From: Coriobacteriia bacterium | GTDB lineage: Bacteria; Actinomycetota; Coriobacteriia; Anaerosomatales; SLCP01 | Direction: 5' to 3' | Length of the DNA stretch: 64,000 bases | Assembly (NCBI GenBank): GCA_007121015.1 | Contig: SKMN01000004.1 | Location: forward strand, 16,507-80,506 | Shown: piece by piece, positions 21,495-31,755 of the stretch | Numbering within the stretch: the stretch's first letter is position 1 | How the letters are laid out: every line of letters begins with the position of its first letter | Notes under the pieces: generated by a model | The model's database searches: none | Told to the model about the DNA's origin: nothing | What the model saw: only the letters and a program-made list of their open reading frames with translations | Position numbers and translations under genes: made by a program

Positions 21495-22961
21495 CTAGCG
21501 CGCCCCCATCCCCGCGAGCAGCGTCGTGACCGCGGGGTCGACGTAGCGCAGCAGGCTCGACCAGTACACGCCCATGCCCACAGTGATGACCACGAGCGGC
21601 ACGAGGATGCCGATCTCGAGACGGTTGAGGTCTGGGATCTTCGCGACCGCCGCGCTCGACTCGCCGAGCACGACCCGCTGCACCATCCAGAGCATGTAGG
21701 CGGCCGCGAGCAGGACGCCGATCGCCGCGGCGATGACGTAGCCCGGCGCGATGAGCTCGGAGCGCCACGCGCCGACAAGGCTCAAGAACTCGCCCGGGAA
21801 CCCGGCGAGCCCGGGCAGTCCGAGGGAGGCGAACGACGCGAACGCGAGCATGCCCGCCGCGACCGGGGTGCGCTTCGAGAGCCCCGAGACCTCGGCGATC
21901 ATGCGGGTGTGCGTGCGCTCGTAGACCATGCCCACCAGGAGGAAGAGCATGCCGGTGATGACGCCGTGGGCGAACATGATGGCGACCGCACCGTTGAGAC
22001 CCTCCGGGGTTCCGGCAGCGATGCCGAGCATGACGAAGCCCATGTGCGACACGCTCGAGTACGCGACGAGTTTCTTCAGGTCCGTCTGCGCGAACGCGAC
22101 CGCCGCGCCGTAGATGATCGAGATCACGCCGAGGAGCGCGACGAACCACGCCCACGTCTCGGCCGCCTCCGGCAGCATCGGCAGCGAAACGCGCACGAAG
22201 CCGTACGTGCCCATCTTGAGCAGGATGCCGGCGAGCAGCACCGAGCCGGCCGTAGGCGCCTCGACGTGCGCGTCGGGCAGCCAGGTGTGGAACGGGAAGA
22301 TCGGCACCTTCACGGCGAAGCCGAGGAAGAACGCCGCGAAAACCCACCACTGGAAGTCGGCGGGAAGACCGGCCTGCGTGAGCGCGATCATGTCGAACGT
22401 GCCGCCTTGCGGGTGGAGGTAGAGAGCGAGGATGCCCACGAGCATGAACACCGAGCCGAAGAGCGTGTAGAGGAAGAACTTGATCGCGGCGTACTCCCTC
22501 CTCGGCCCGCCCCAGATGCCTATCATGAAGTACATCGGGACCAACACGAGCTCCCAGAACACGTAGAAAAGCACGAAGTCGAAGGCGACGAACACGCCGT
22601 TCATGCCCACCGCGAGCAGCAACATCATCGCGAAGTAGAACGCGGGGCGCTCGGAGATGTTCCACGACGCGAGGACCGCGAGCACCACGAGCAACGCCGA
22701 GAGCGCGAGCAGCGGCAGCGAGATGCCGTCCACGCCGAGGAAGTACTGGATACCCGCTTCAGGCACCCACGAGTGACGCTCGACGAACTGCATGCCGCCG
22801 CCCACGTCGTAGCCGGCTAGAAGCACGCCGACGAGCGCGAGGTCGGCAAGCGCGACACCGAGCGCGACCAGACGTGGCAGCTCGGGGCGATCCTTGGGCA
22901 GCAGCGCCATCGCCGCCACGCCGACCAGCGGCAGGAAGACTATGAGTGTGAGCAGTGGCAT
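21495..22961 (-). CDS. nuoM: NADH-quinone oxidoreductase subunit M
   Basis: FWELVLVP, PFHTWLPDAHVEAP and LLKMGTYG motifs. Confidence 0.95.
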   Translation of the reverse strand: MPLLTLIVFLPLVGVAAMALLPKDRPELPRLVALGVALADLALVGVLLAGYDVGGGMQFVERHSWVPEAGIQYFLGVDGISLPLLALSALLVVLAVLASWNISERPAFYFAMMLLLAVGMNGVFVAFDFVLFYVFWELVLVPMYFMIGIWGGPRREYAAIKFFLYTLFGSVFMLVGILALYLHPQGGTFDMIALTQAGLPADFQWWVFAAFFLGFAVKVPIFPFHTWLPDAHVEAPTAGSVLLAGILLKMGTYGFVRVSLPMLPEAAETWAWFVALLGVISIIYGAAVAFAQTDLKKLVAYSSVSHMGFVMLGIAAGTPEGLNGAVAIMFAHGVITGMLFLLVGMVYERTHTRMIAEVSGLSKRTPVAAGMLAFASFASLGLPGLAGFPGEFLSLVGAWRSELIAPGYVIAAAIGVLLAAAYMLWMVQRVVLGESSAAVAKIPDLNRLEIGILVPLVVITVGMGVYWSSLLRYVDPAVTTLLAGMGAR

Positions 22962-22964
22962 CCC

Positions 22965-24872
22965 TTAGGCCCCTTTCACGACGATCCACACCATGAGGAG
23001 CACGACCGCTCCGAGGATATATCGCTGGTACGTCTGCACCCGGCCGACCTGGATCTTGCGCAGCGTGCGCCCGGCTGCGCGTGCGGACCCGGCAAGCCCG
23101 TTGACCACGCCGTCGATGACGGCGAGGTCGAAGCGGGCCGAGGCAGCGGTAAGCCCGTTCCATGCCGAGGCGGCCCCGTTCACGGCACCGTCGACCACCT
23201 TCTGGTCGAACCGGTAGAGGTGCTCGGCCGTCCACATGTAGGGCCGGATGATGAAGTACTCGTAGGTAAGGTCGAAGTAGAGCTTCTTGGCGAGCGCGTC
23301 GTACGCGTAGCCGGCGCGCTCCTTGAGCGACCGCGTGTTGAGCACGACCGAGCGGCGGCCGTACGCCCACCAGCCGAGCGCGAGACCCGCCAGCGCGACA
23401 GCGGTCGAGCCGCCCGCGATGAGCGGGTCGGGCCAGTGCCCGGCGTGGCCGAGGAACTTCGAGAAGCCCGGAGCGGTGAAGCCGATCGCCGCCGTGATGA
23501 CCGCGAGCAGCACCATCGGGACGATCATCTCGGCGTGGCCTTCTTTGAGGTGCTCGGTCTGGGCGGGCCCGGTGAACACGCGAAACCACAGACGCGCGAC
23601 GTAGAACGCGGTGACGAACGCCGCAGCTGCGGCGAGCACCAAGACGACGTAGTGCTCACCGGTGTAGAGCGCGTAGAGGATCTCGTCTTTGGACCAGAAG
23701 CCGGAGAACGGCGCCACGCCCGCGAGCGCGAGGGCGCCCGCCCCGAACGTGACCGTCGTCCACGGGAGATGCTTGGAGAGGCCGCCCATCTCACGCATGT
23801 CCTGCGTGTGCGCCGCGTGGATGATGACGCCGGCACCGAGGAAGAGCAGCGACTTGAAGAATGCGTGCGTGACGAGGTGGAACATGCCCGCGATGGCGCC
23901 ACCGGCGCCGATCGCCACGAACATGTAGCCGAGCTGGCTGATGGTCGAGTACGCGAGCACCTTCTTGATATCGTGTTGGACCGCGGCGATCACGCCGCCC
24001 ACGAGCGCGGTCGTCACCCCGACGATCATCGTGATGGTGAGCGCCACCCCACTCGCCTCGAAGATCGGCAGCGCCCGGGCGACGAGGTAGACACCGGCCG
24101 CGACCATCGTGGCCGCGTGGATGAGCGCCGAGGCGGGCGTGGGGCCAGCCATCGCGTCGGGAAGCCACACGTGGAGCGGGACCTGCGCCGACTTGCCCAT
24201 CGCCCCGATGAGGAGCAGGAGCGCGACGGCGGTGGCCACGCCGGGGGCCCACTGGCCCACGCCGGCGAACACGGCGTCGTACTCGAACGAGCCGACCGTC
24301 GCGTACATCAGCGCGAGGCCGATGGCGAACCCGACATCGCCCACGCGCGTGGTGAGGAACGCTTTCTGCGACGCCTTCCTCGGCGCCTCCTGCTCGTGCC
24401 AGAAGCCGATGAGCAGGTACGAACAGAGTCCCATGACCTCCCAGGCCATGTAGAGCATGAGGAAGTTGTCGGCGAGCACGAGAGCGAGCATCGCCGCTGT
24501 GAAAAGCGACAGGACTGCGAAGTACCAGCCCACGCGCTCGTCGCGGTGCATGTAGCCGAGCGAGTAGACCTGCACGCACATCCCGACCACCGTGATGACG
24601 AGCAGCATGATCGCCGCGATCGGGTCGAGCAGGATGCCGAGGTTCAGATCGACGCCGCCCACCTGCGCGATCGGAACCGACGCGCGGTAGGTCGCCTCAC
24701 CCTCTTGTCCGCCCGGCCACACGGCCGCGAACGCCGCGAGCGAGAGCGCGAGCGCGCCGCCCACACTCACGAGCCCGAGCCAGCGCACGCGGTTGCGCAT
24801 CTCGCGCGAGAGCGGGGTGAGCACCGCGAACGCGATCGCCGGGAGGAGCGGTATGAGTGCGACGTAGGCCAC
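22965..24872 (-). CDS. nuoL: NADH-quinone oxidoreductase subunit L
   Basis: GKSAQVPLHVWLPDAMAGPTP, HAATMV and THAFFK motifs. Confidence 0.96.
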   Translation of the reverse strand: MAYVALIPLLPAIAFAVLTPLSREMRNRVRWLGLVSVGGALALSLAAFAAVWPGGQEGEATYRASVPIAQVGGVDLNLGILLDPIAAIMLLVITVVGMCVQVYSLGYMHRDERVGWYFAVLSLFTAAMLALVLADNFLMLYMAWEVMGLCSYLLIGFWHEQEAPRKASQKAFLTTRVGDVGFAIGLALMYATVGSFEYDAVFAGVGQWAPGVATAVALLLLIGAMGKSAQVPLHVWLPDAMAGPTPASALIHAATMVAAGVYLVARALPIFEASGVALTITMIVGVTTALVGGVIAAVQHDIKKVLAYSTISQLGYMFVAIGAGGAIAGMFHLVTHAFFKSLLFLGAGVIIHAAHTQDMREMGGLSKHLPWTTVTFGAGALALAGVAPFSGFWSKDEILYALYTGEHYVVLVLAAAAAFVTAFYVARLWFRVFTGPAQTEHLKEGHAEMIVPMVLLAVITAAIGFTAPGFSKFLGHAGHWPDPLIAGGSTAVALAGLALGWWAYGRRSVVLNTRSLKERAGYAYDALAKKLYFDLTYEYFIIRPYMWTAEHLYRFDQKVVDGAVNGAASAWNGLTAASARFDLAVIDGVVNGLAGSARAAGRTLRKIQVGRVQTYQRYILGAVVLLMVWIVVKGA

Positions 24873-24875
24873 CGG

Positions 24876-25190
24876 CTACCCCTTCAGCGTATCCATGCGC
24901 GTGAGCTCTATCGAGCGCGTCTGACGGTAGATAGCAAGCACGAGCGCGAGTCCGAGACCTATCTCGGCAGCCGAGACGACCATCGTGAAGATCGTGAAGA
25001 CCTGCCCGGTCATCTCAGTGGGAGTGACGAAACGTGAGAGCGCTACCATGTTGAGGCTTACCGCGACCGCCATGAGCTCGAGCGACATGAGCACCATGAC
25101 CGCGCTCTTGCGCGCCACGGCACCGTAGAGCCCGAGCGAGAAGAGGACTGCGGCGAGCGCCATGAACGCCGAGGGGCCGACCTGCATCAT
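24876..25190 (-). CDS. nuoK: NADH-quinone oxidoreductase subunit K
   Basis: MSLELM and AAEIGLGLAL motifs. Confidence 0.93.
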   Translation of the reverse strand: MMQVGPSAFMALAAVLFSLGLYGAVARKSAVMVLMSLELMAVAVSLNMVALSRFVTPTEMTGQVFTIFTMVVSAAEIGLGLALVLAIYRQTRSIELTRMDTLKG

Positions 25191-25687
25191 CGCTTCTCCT
25201 CCCTCGACCACCAGACCGCGGCTACGAGCGCCACGAGAAGGACGAGCGATGCGACCTCGAACGGCAGCGCCCACCGGGAGAACAACAGTTCGCCGAGAGC
25301 GGCGGTGTCGGGAGCGGTCTCGGGCATCTCGGCCACGCGATCCCCGTAGCTCGCGATCGCCGCGAACACGAGGCCACCGAACACGAGCGCCATGACCGCG
25401 CCCGCCACGGAGACCTCGACCGGACGCACCGAGTCCTCGCGTCTGCGCAACGTGAGCATGATGACGAAGAGCATGAGGACCGAGACCGCACCCGCGTACA
25501 CGAGCACGTGCACGACGGCGAGGTACTCGGCCTGCAAGAGCAGGAACAGTCCGCCCACCGCGATCATCGACTCGAGCAGCCAGAACGCGGCGTGGATGAC
25601 GTTGCGCGTGGTGAGCATCCCCACCGCGCCGAGGATCGCCGCGCCGGCGAGGATCGCGAACGCGATGCCGTTGACGGTCTCAGTCAT
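25187..25687 (-). CDS. nuoJ: NADH-quinone oxidoreductase subunit J
   Basis: VYAGAVSVLMLFVIM and PFEVASLVLLVA motifs. Confidence 0.93.
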   Translation of the reverse strand: MTETVNGIAFAILAGAAILGAVGMLTTRNVIHAAFWLLESMIAVGGLFLLLQAEYLAVVHVLVYAGAVSVLMLFVIMLTLRRREDSVRPVEVSVAGAVMALVFGGLVFAAIASYGDRVAEMPETAPDTAALGELLFSRWALPFEVASLVLLVALVAAVWWSREEKR

Positions 25688-26189
25688 CGGTCGCCTCCTT
25701 CTCGGCGGGGGCGGACTTCTCGGAGTCGATGCCAGCAGACTTCTCGGCAGGCGCGGGCTTGTCGGCAGGCTTCGCGCGTTTGACCGGCGCGGCATCGACA
25801 TCAGCGAGCAGGTCGACCGTGAGTTCGTCGGCGCCGTACACCGCGAGTTCGTAGTCGTGCCCCATCTCGATGGCGTCGAACGGGCACGCCTCGACGCACA
25901 GTCCGCACATCATGCACGCACCGATCTCGTACGTGTAGTGCTCGATGTGCTTCGACTTGTCCTCGCGTGTGGTCACCTCGAGTTCGAGGATGTTGTCCGG
26001 ACACGCGCGGATGCACGCCATGCATGCGGTGCACTTGGGCGCCCCGGCCTCGTCGTACGTGGGCGTGACCGCCCACCGGGCGCGCTCGGGCAGGTCGGCC
26101 TTCTCGAACGGATACTTGAGCGTGATCGGACCGCGCAGCAGGTTGCGCATGGTGATGGCCAGACCGGTGATGAGGCCCTTACCCCACAT
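25680..26189 (-). CDS. nuoI: NADH-quinone oxidoreductase subunit I (2x[4Fe-4S])
   Basis: CTACMACIRACP and CMMCGLCVEACP motifs. Confidence 0.93.
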   Translation of the reverse strand: MWGKGLITGLAITMRNLLRGPITLKYPFEKADLPERARWAVTPTYDEAGAPKCTACMACIRACPDNILELEVTTREDKSKHIEHYTYEIGACMMCGLCVEACPFDAIEMGHDYELAVYGADELTVDLLADVDAAPVKRAKPADKPAPAEKSAGIDSEKSAPAEKEATDD

Positions 26190-27200
26190 CTAGCTCGCAC
26201 CCCCCAGCTCGCCGAGCTTGAGCACGAGGCCGGTGAGCATGATCCAGCCGAGCGTGATCGGGATGAGCCACTTCCAGCCCAGCGTCATGAGCTGGTCGAT
26301 CCGCACGCGAGGGAAGGTGCCCCTGATCCACATGAACACGAAGATGCCGAAGTAGGTCTTGAGCACGAATATGACGGGCGCGATGGGTGCTATGACGGAG
26401 TCGGGCACCCACGGCAGCGACCAGCCGCCGAAGAACACCGAGACAGCGATGGCGGACATGATGAACGAGTTGGAGAACTCGGCCAAGAACAGCATGCCGA
26501 ACCTCATCGACGAGTACTCGGTCGCAAAGCCCGCGACCAGCTCGGACTCGGCCTCCGACATGTCGAACGGCGTCTGGTTGAGCTCGGCGAGTGCGGCGAT
26601 CAGGAAGATCGCGAACGCCGGGAACTGCGCGAAGACGAACCACCGGGGGATGATCCCGAACCACGTGCCCGACTGCGCCTGCACGATCTGCGCAAGGTCG
26701 AGCGAGCCCACCACCATGACGACCGGGATGACCGACAGCAGCAACGGGACCTCGTAGGCGATCGTCTGGGCAGCCGCACGCATCGCGCCGATGAGCGACC
26801 ACTTGTTCGCCGAACCCCACCCTGCCATCAGGACGCCGAGCGCCACGAGCGAGAGCACCGCGAAGGTGAAGAGGAGACCCGTCTCGAGCTGGGTGATCCG
26901 CAGGTTCTCCGAGAACGGGATCGCGGCATAGGCGAGCAGCGACGGGATGAAGACGGCGGCGGGCGCGAGCACGTACATCCACCGGTCGACACCCGTGGGT
27001 ATGACGTCTTCCTTCGAGAGGAGTTTGAGTACGTCGGCGGTCGTCTGCACCATGCCCTTCGGCCCGACGTTGAGTGGCCCGTGGCGCAAGTGTAGGCGAC
27101 CGAGGACCTTGCGGAGCATGTAGATGAGTACCACGCCGTTGACGAGCATGAGCGCGACGGCGGCGAGGACGGGGAGTATGGCTGCGAGCACCGCGCTCAT
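26190..27200 (-). CDS. nuoH: NADH-quinone oxidoreductase subunit H
   Basis: ADVLKLLSKE, YEVP and PFDMSEAESELVAGFATEYS motifs. Confidence 0.95.
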   Translation of the reverse strand: MSAVLAAILPVLAAVALMLVNGVVLIYMLRKVLGRLHLRHGPLNVGPKGMVQTTADVLKLLSKEDVIPTGVDRWMYVLAPAAVFIPSLLAYAAIPFSENLRITQLETGLLFTFAVLSLVALGVLMAGWGSANKWSLIGAMRAAAQTIAYEVPLLLSVIPVVMVVGSLDLAQIVQAQSGTWFGIIPRWFVFAQFPAFAIFLIAALAELNQTPFDMSEAESELVAGFATEYSSMRFGMLFLAEFSNSFIMSAIAVSVFFGGWSLPWVPDSVIAPIAPVIFVLKTYFGIFVFMWIRGTFPRVRIDQLMTLGWKWLIPITLGWIMLTGLVLKLGELGGAS

Positions 27201-28402
27201 CGGTCGATCTCCCCGAGCACGATGTCGATGGAGCCGATCAGCATGATGGCATCGGCGAACATGCGGCCCGGCAGGATCTCCTCGAGGGCCTGCAGCGAGT
27301 AGAGCGAAGGCGGACGGTAGCGGAACCGGTACGGCATGTCGCTGCCATCGGATACGAGATGCACGCCGAGCTCACCACGCGACGACTCGACACACGCGTA
27401 CGACTCGCCCGCAGGCGGCCTGAGCACTTTGGGCACCTTGGCCATAATGTCGCCCTCGGGTATGCCGTCGATGCATTGGCGGATCATCCGTACCGCCTGC
27501 CGCATCTCCCCCATGCGCACGGTGTAGCGGTCCCACGCGTCCCCGGTGGAGCCCACCGGCACGTCGAACTCGAGCTCCGGGTACGCGGCGTACGGGCGGT
27601 CGCGACGTACGTCGTACCCGACCCCGGACCCGCGCAGGTTCGCGCCGGTCAGCCCGAAGGCCACGGCGGTCTCCCGGTCGAGCGTACCGATGCCCTTGAC
27701 GCGCATCTGGAGGATCTCGTTGCCGCCGAGCAGCGCGTCGTGCTCGTCGAGGTAGCCGTCGATGGTGCGCAGGAACGTCCTGATAGCGGACTCCATCTCC
27801 GGAGTCAGGTCGGCAAGGACCCCGCCGGGACGAACGTAGTTGAACATCATACGCTGGCCGGTGACCGCCTCGAGCACGTCGATGAGCGCTTCGCGGTCGC
27901 GCATGGCGTAGAGGAACTGTCCCATGGCACCGCAGTCGAGCCCGAAGGTGCCGAACCACACCATGTGGCTCGCGATTCGGTTGATCTCGGACATGAGGGT
28001 GCGGAGCCACTGCGCCTTCGCGGGGACCTCGGTCTCCATGAGCTGCTCGACCGCCATGGCCGCGGCGAGCTCCCCGTGGATACCGGACATGTAGTCGCCG
28101 CGGTCCATGAGAGTGCCGAGCTGGTGGTAGCGCCGGTGCTCGCCGAGCTTCTCGATGCCCCGGTGAAGGTAGCCGATGACGATCTCGGCATTGACGATCG
28201 TCTCGCCGTCGAGCTCGAGCACGAGTCGCAGCACGCCGTGGGTCGACGGGTGCTGGGGCCCGACGTTGACGACGAGGTGCTCGGTCGCGAGGTGCTCGAC
28301 GCCGCGGGGGATCCGCTTGATGCCGGCCGGCCTCTCGCCCGGATCGAACGTGCCTTCCGCGAGCAGGCCGGGCTCGTAAGAGGTGTCGTGGAGCTCGCTC
28401 AC
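27197..28402 (-). CDS. nuoD: NADH-quinone oxidoreductase subunit D
   Basis: GPQHPSTHGVLR, GYLHRGIEK and DIVLGEIDR; no NiFe CxxC motifs. Confidence 0.95.
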   Translation of the reverse strand: MSELHDTSYEPGLLAEGTFDPGERPAGIKRIPRGVEHLATEHLVVNVGPQHPSTHGVLRLVLELDGETIVNAEIVIGYLHRGIEKLGEHRRYHQLGTLMDRGDYMSGIHGELAAAMAVEQLMETEVPAKAQWLRTLMSEINRIASHMVWFGTFGLDCGAMGQFLYAMRDREALIDVLEAVTGQRMMFNYVRPGGVLADLTPEMESAIRTFLRTIDGYLDEHDALLGGNEILQMRVKGIGTLDRETAVAFGLTGANLRGSGVGYDVRRDRPYAAYPELEFDVPVGSTGDAWDRYTVRMGEMRQAVRMIRQCIDGIPEGDIMAKVPKVLRPPAGESYACVESSRGELGVHLVSDGSDMPYRFRYRPPSLYSLQALEEILPGRMFADAIMLIGSIDIVLGEIDR

Positions 28403-28854
28403 CGGTCCCGCACCTCCTCGACCGTGCGGATCGGGACCGACTTGAGCAGGAGCGGCTCGATGCCGTCGGTCGTGAGCAGCCGTTTGGGGTTGGGGTGCCC
28501 GGCGAGCGTGAGCCCGAACAGCTCCGCAGTCTCGCGCTCGGGCAGCAACGCCGCCGGGTAGAGGTTCCACACCGAGGTGAGCTCGCCCTCGTAGGAAAGC
28601 GCGCACTTCACGTAGACATCCTCGTCGCGGGAGAGCGAACGCACGTGGTAGACGATGTCGACGGCCTCACCGGTGTCGATGCCGAATAGGTCGACGAGCA
28701 TCGGGAAGTCGTGTTCGCCGCTCTTGAGCGCCTCGAGTGCGGCGACGAGTTCATCGGCTTCGACGCGCACCTCAAGGCCGAGCGTCGTCGTCGCGACCTC
28801 GGCGGAGCCTATGGCGGCGAGCGCCTTATCGATCGCGGTCGCGTCGGGCAGCAT
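28399..28854 (-). CDS. nuoC: NADH-quinone oxidoreductase subunit C
   Basis: [12 protein letters not shown]...RLL motif. Confidence 0.9.
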   Translation of the reverse strand: MLPDATAIDKALAAIGSAEVATTTLGLEVRVEADELVAALEALKSGEHDFPMLVDLFGIDTGEAVDIVYHVRSLSRDEDVYVKCALSYEGELTSVWNLYPAALLPERETAELFGLTLAGHPNPKRLLTTDGIEPLLLKSVPIRTVEEVRDR

Positions 28855-29332
28855 TGCGCTCCTCGGCCTGTCGCTTGATCTTCTCTTGCAGCTGGATGAA
28901 CCCGTACTGTACCGACTCGGGACGCGGCGGGCATCCCGGGATATAGACGTCGACCGGCACGATCTTGTCCACGCCGAGGACGACGTTGGGGTAAGAGCGG
29001 AACGGACCGCCCGTGCTCGCACACGCGCCCATCGCGACGACCCACTTGGGCTCGGGCATCTGCTCGTAGAGCCTGAGGACCGTCTCGGCCATCTTGTGGT
29101 TGACGGTGCCTGCGACGATCATCACGTCGGCCTGGCGCGGTGAGGCCCGGAAGAACACGCCCATGCGGTCGAAGTCGAAGCGCGGGCCGCTCGCGCTCAT
29201 GAGGCCCTCGATCGCGCAGCACGCGATACCGAACGCGAGGTACCACAGCGAGTTGCGCCGCGCCCAGTCGAAGAGTTGCTCGCTCCGGACGAACGCCACG
29301 GAGTGTTCGCCTGTGATCCGGTCTAGCGCCAC
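28826..29332 (-). CDS. nuoB: NADH-quinone oxidoreductase subunit B
   Basis: ACCAIE, SPRQAD, MGACA and PGCPPRP motifs. Confidence 0.95.
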   Translation of the reverse strand: MALDRITGEHSVAFVRSEQLFDWARRNSLWYLAFGIACCAIEGLMSASGPRFDFDRMGVFFRASPRQADVMIVAGTVNHKMAETVLRLYEQMPEPKWVVAMGACASTGGPFRSYPNVVLGVDKIVPVDVYIPGCPPRPESVQYGFIQLQEKIKRQAEERNAARRDRDR

Positions 29333-29679
29333 CTGAGCGCTCCCTCTTTCCAGGCGTACGCGAGACCGAGGAGCAGGACGGCAACGAAGATGAACATCTC
29401 CACGAGTACGATCATGCCCATGCGCGAGAAGACGATGGCCCACGGGTAGAGGAACACCGTCTCGATATCGAACACCACGAAGAGAAGCGCGTAGACGTAG
29501 TAGCCGACGTGGAACTGTACCCACGGGGCACCGATGGGCTCGACGCCGCACTCGTAGATCAGTCCCTTGGCCTCGGACGGCTTCTGGTGGCTCAGGATGT
29601 TGGACGTGCTGATCGTGATCATCACGAAGATGATGCCGACCAGGACGAACGTCCCTATGACCACGTAGTCGTGCGGCAT
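29323..29679 (-). CDS. nuoA: NADH-quinone oxidoreductase subunit A
   Basis: [16 protein letters not shown] and WKEGALRW motifs. Confidence 0.95.
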   Translation of the reverse strand: MPHDYVVIGTFVLVGIIFVMITISTSNILSHQKPSEAKGLIYECGVEPIGAPWVQFHVGYYVYALLFVVFDIETVFLYPWAIVFSRMGMIVLVEMFIFVAVLLLGLAYAWKEGALRWR

Positions 29680-29795
29680 GGTGCCGGTACCCGCCCTACC
29701 CCTCGTGTTTCGCGGCACGGCGTGCCGCCCGTGCCAGGATACGACAACGCCCCTCGGATGCGAAACGCGGCAACGGGGGCGCGCAGAGTCCGGAC

Positions 29796-29824
29796 AATGT
29801 AACACAGGTTACAAGGGCGCTCAA
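29796..29824 (-). promoter_or_regulatory. nuo operon promoter with overlapping palindromic operator
   Basis: TTGAGC-N17-TACATT; perfect palindrome TGTAAC-ACAG-GTTACA at 29798-29813. Confidence 0.6.
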
Positions 29825-29844
29825 GCACCTACGTGTAGTGTAGT

Positions 29845-30297
29845 TTATCCACAGGTGACGTCGGGCAAGATGTCCCTCACTACCACTTCCTCATCCGGAT
29901 CCATGAGCAAGTCGGTCGGCGTCACGAGCAGCGCGATGCGATCATCGTATCTAAGTGTGTAGCCGAATACCGCAGTGCCATCGGACAGAGTCTGTTCGAC
30001 GGGCACCACCCAGTTTGGCTCGACAGCATTTCCCTGAACTACTCGCTCGACCTTGGCCTTGTACGTCAACTCGTCTTGCATTACCTCAAAGGAGATGCCC
30101 TCGGACTCTTCACTCGACAGGAGGTCATACCAATCTTCGTTGGCTATCGGGGACAGCGGCGCGCCGGGATTCACGAACTCGCCATTGTCGGCCCGCACGG
30201 AACCTGGATCGCCGCTAACCTGCACCCACACGATTCCAGCTAGGGCAACGAGCACGGCCGACCCCAGCAGAGCGATTCCCACCCTGCGTTTCTTCAT
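29845..30297 (-). CDS. hypothetical membrane-anchored/secreted protein (islet cargo)
   Basis: GGAGG RBS; N-terminal basic and hydrophobic segment; visibly lower GC. Confidence 0.65.
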   Translation of the reverse strand: MKKRRVGIALLGSAVLVALAGIVWVQVSGDPGSVRADNGEFVNPGAPLSPIANEDWYDLLSSEESEGISFEVMQDELTYKAKVERVVQGNAVEPNWVVPVEQTLSDGTAVFGYTLRYDDRIALLVTPTDLLMDPDEEVVVRDILPDVTCG

Positions 30298-30411
30298 GCG
30301 AGCCTCCTAGTATTCCCAGACGAAGTCGCTGTCTTACTCAACCCTGAGTTGGCGGGCTGCGGTGGACGGTCTTGTGTCGACCGGCAACCGAAGCGGCCTC
30401 CGGGCGAATCG

Positions 30412-31119
30412 TTAGGACATGTACCTGTAGACGTCAACACCGTCGAAGAAGGCTCTGTCGAGGTGCTTCGGCGCCGACAGTCGATACTCAATGAGCTCAC
30501 TCTCAAGCGCCTCCTTGAGCTCCTTCATTGAGTGCAGCGGCGTCTCGAACAGCGCACGAGCTTGCGGCGTATCGTGTGAGGGCACTGACAAGGCATAGAT
30601 GTACCGCTCCTTGCAAGAGGACAGGTGGACCCCTGGGTGAATCCAGTACCCATCCTCCGTCGGCTCAACCTGACCAGGCTGGAGGTACAGCCGCTTACCA
30701 TGTACTAGTCGATGAACTACAAGAATCTCCATTCCCTCAGGTGCTCCACTTCCATGCACGGGAATCCAGTCGTCCATGCATTCGTCGACGGCAGGCAGGT
30801 CTACTTGAAACGCTGCAGTCCGACCAACTGGACGTGGCAGAGGCTCGACGCTCACTCCGTCTGGAGTCAGGATGACCTGAGACCGAAGCATGAGGAAATC
30901 CGGGGTCTGGAAACTCAACAGGTGATCAGCTCCGAGTGTTAACGTGTAATCTGCTCCTCGGCTGACGAGGACTACTTCTCTTGGATCATCGCTAACCTCG
31001 GCGAGCAGCCACTGAATCTTAAAGCTCTCAAGGTTAGCGAAGTCTCCGTCATGAACAACGGCAAATGGGCGCAGACGAAAGAACTGACCACTGAGCTTCC
31101 GGAGCTGCTTGTAATTCAT
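30412..31119 (-). CDS. hypothetical protein (islet cargo)
   Basis: Protein-like composition and atypical codon usage; no recognised motif. Confidence 0.6.
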   Translation of the reverse strand: MNYKQLRKLSGQFFRLRPFAVVHDGDFANLESFKIQWLLAEVSDDPREVVLVSRGADYTLTLGADHLLSFQTPDFLMLRSQVILTPDGVSVEPLPRPVGRTAAFQVDLPAVDECMDDWIPVHGSGAPEGMEILVVHRLVHGKRLYLQPGQVEPTEDGYWIHPGVHLSSCKERYIYALSVPSHDTPQARALFETPLHSMKELKEALESELIEYRLSAPKHLDRAFFDGVDVYRYMS

Positions 31120-31160
31120 CGAACACTCCACTCCTGTTACCGAATCCGCCGTTCAGAACG

Positions 31161-31703
31161 CGACGCGGGGAGACGTTGGGCTTGCGGTGGTCGGACGTGG
31201 ACCTCAAGCGCGGGACCGTCACGGTGCAGCGCTCCGTCTCACAGACAAAGGACGAGGGCGTAACGGTGAAGTCAACTAAGACGGGCAAGGCTCGTGCTAT
31301 CCCGCTGGACGCGCACACCGTTAAGGAGCTGCGCGCGATTCAACGAGAGCAGCGAGAGCGACGCCTAGCGTACGGCAGCGGCTGGCAAGGAGGGAAGACG
31401 CCGGACGAGGACTACATCAGCACGACTCCGGCCGGTGGCGTTATAGCGCCTGAGACGTTCGGTCAGTCGGTCCGCACCGTAGCGGAACGGAACAAGCTCG
31501 AACACATCACGCCGCACATCCTCCGGCACTCGTGGGTTTCGCAGATGATCGCGCTGGGATTCGATGCGGTGACGATCTCGGCAATGAGCGGGCATAGTCC
31601 CGATGTGCTATTGACCACTTACGCTCACGCCTTCGATACCCGCAAGCGGGAGGCTGTGGATGCACTCGGGAAGGCCCGCGAAGAGGCCCGCGCCGCAAAA
31701 TAG
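31161..31703 (+). pseudogene. 5'-truncated tyrosine recombinase/integrase
   Basis: RRGETLGLRWSDVDL...HILRHS...SGH...TTYAH catalytic domain only; no N-terminal domain or proper start. Confidence 0.85.
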
Positions 31704-31720
31704 CCGAACGGATAGTACGA

Positions 31721-31755
31721 ATGAGGCCCGCACGGACGAATCCGGCGGGCCTCAT
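31721..31755. terminator. hairpin between the integrase remnant and tRNA
   Basis: ATGAGGCCCGC...GCGGGCCTCAT inverted repeat. Confidence 0.6.

Noticed and set aside
27197-29332. NuoB/NuoD as a group 4 NiFe hydrogenase, given nearby hypAB
   Set aside because: NuoD lacks both CxxC Ni-binding motifs and ends DIVLGEIDR; NuoB has the tandem CC typical of complex I
29680-29795. Structured nuoA leader as a riboswitch
   Set aside because: Two GC-rich hairpins are present, but no recognisable riboswitch consensus or U-tract terminator
29700-30420. att duplication of the tRNA-Thr 3' end marking the far islet boundary
   Set aside because: No copy of TGGAGCCGACG or its complement found by eye, so the boundary is left uncertain
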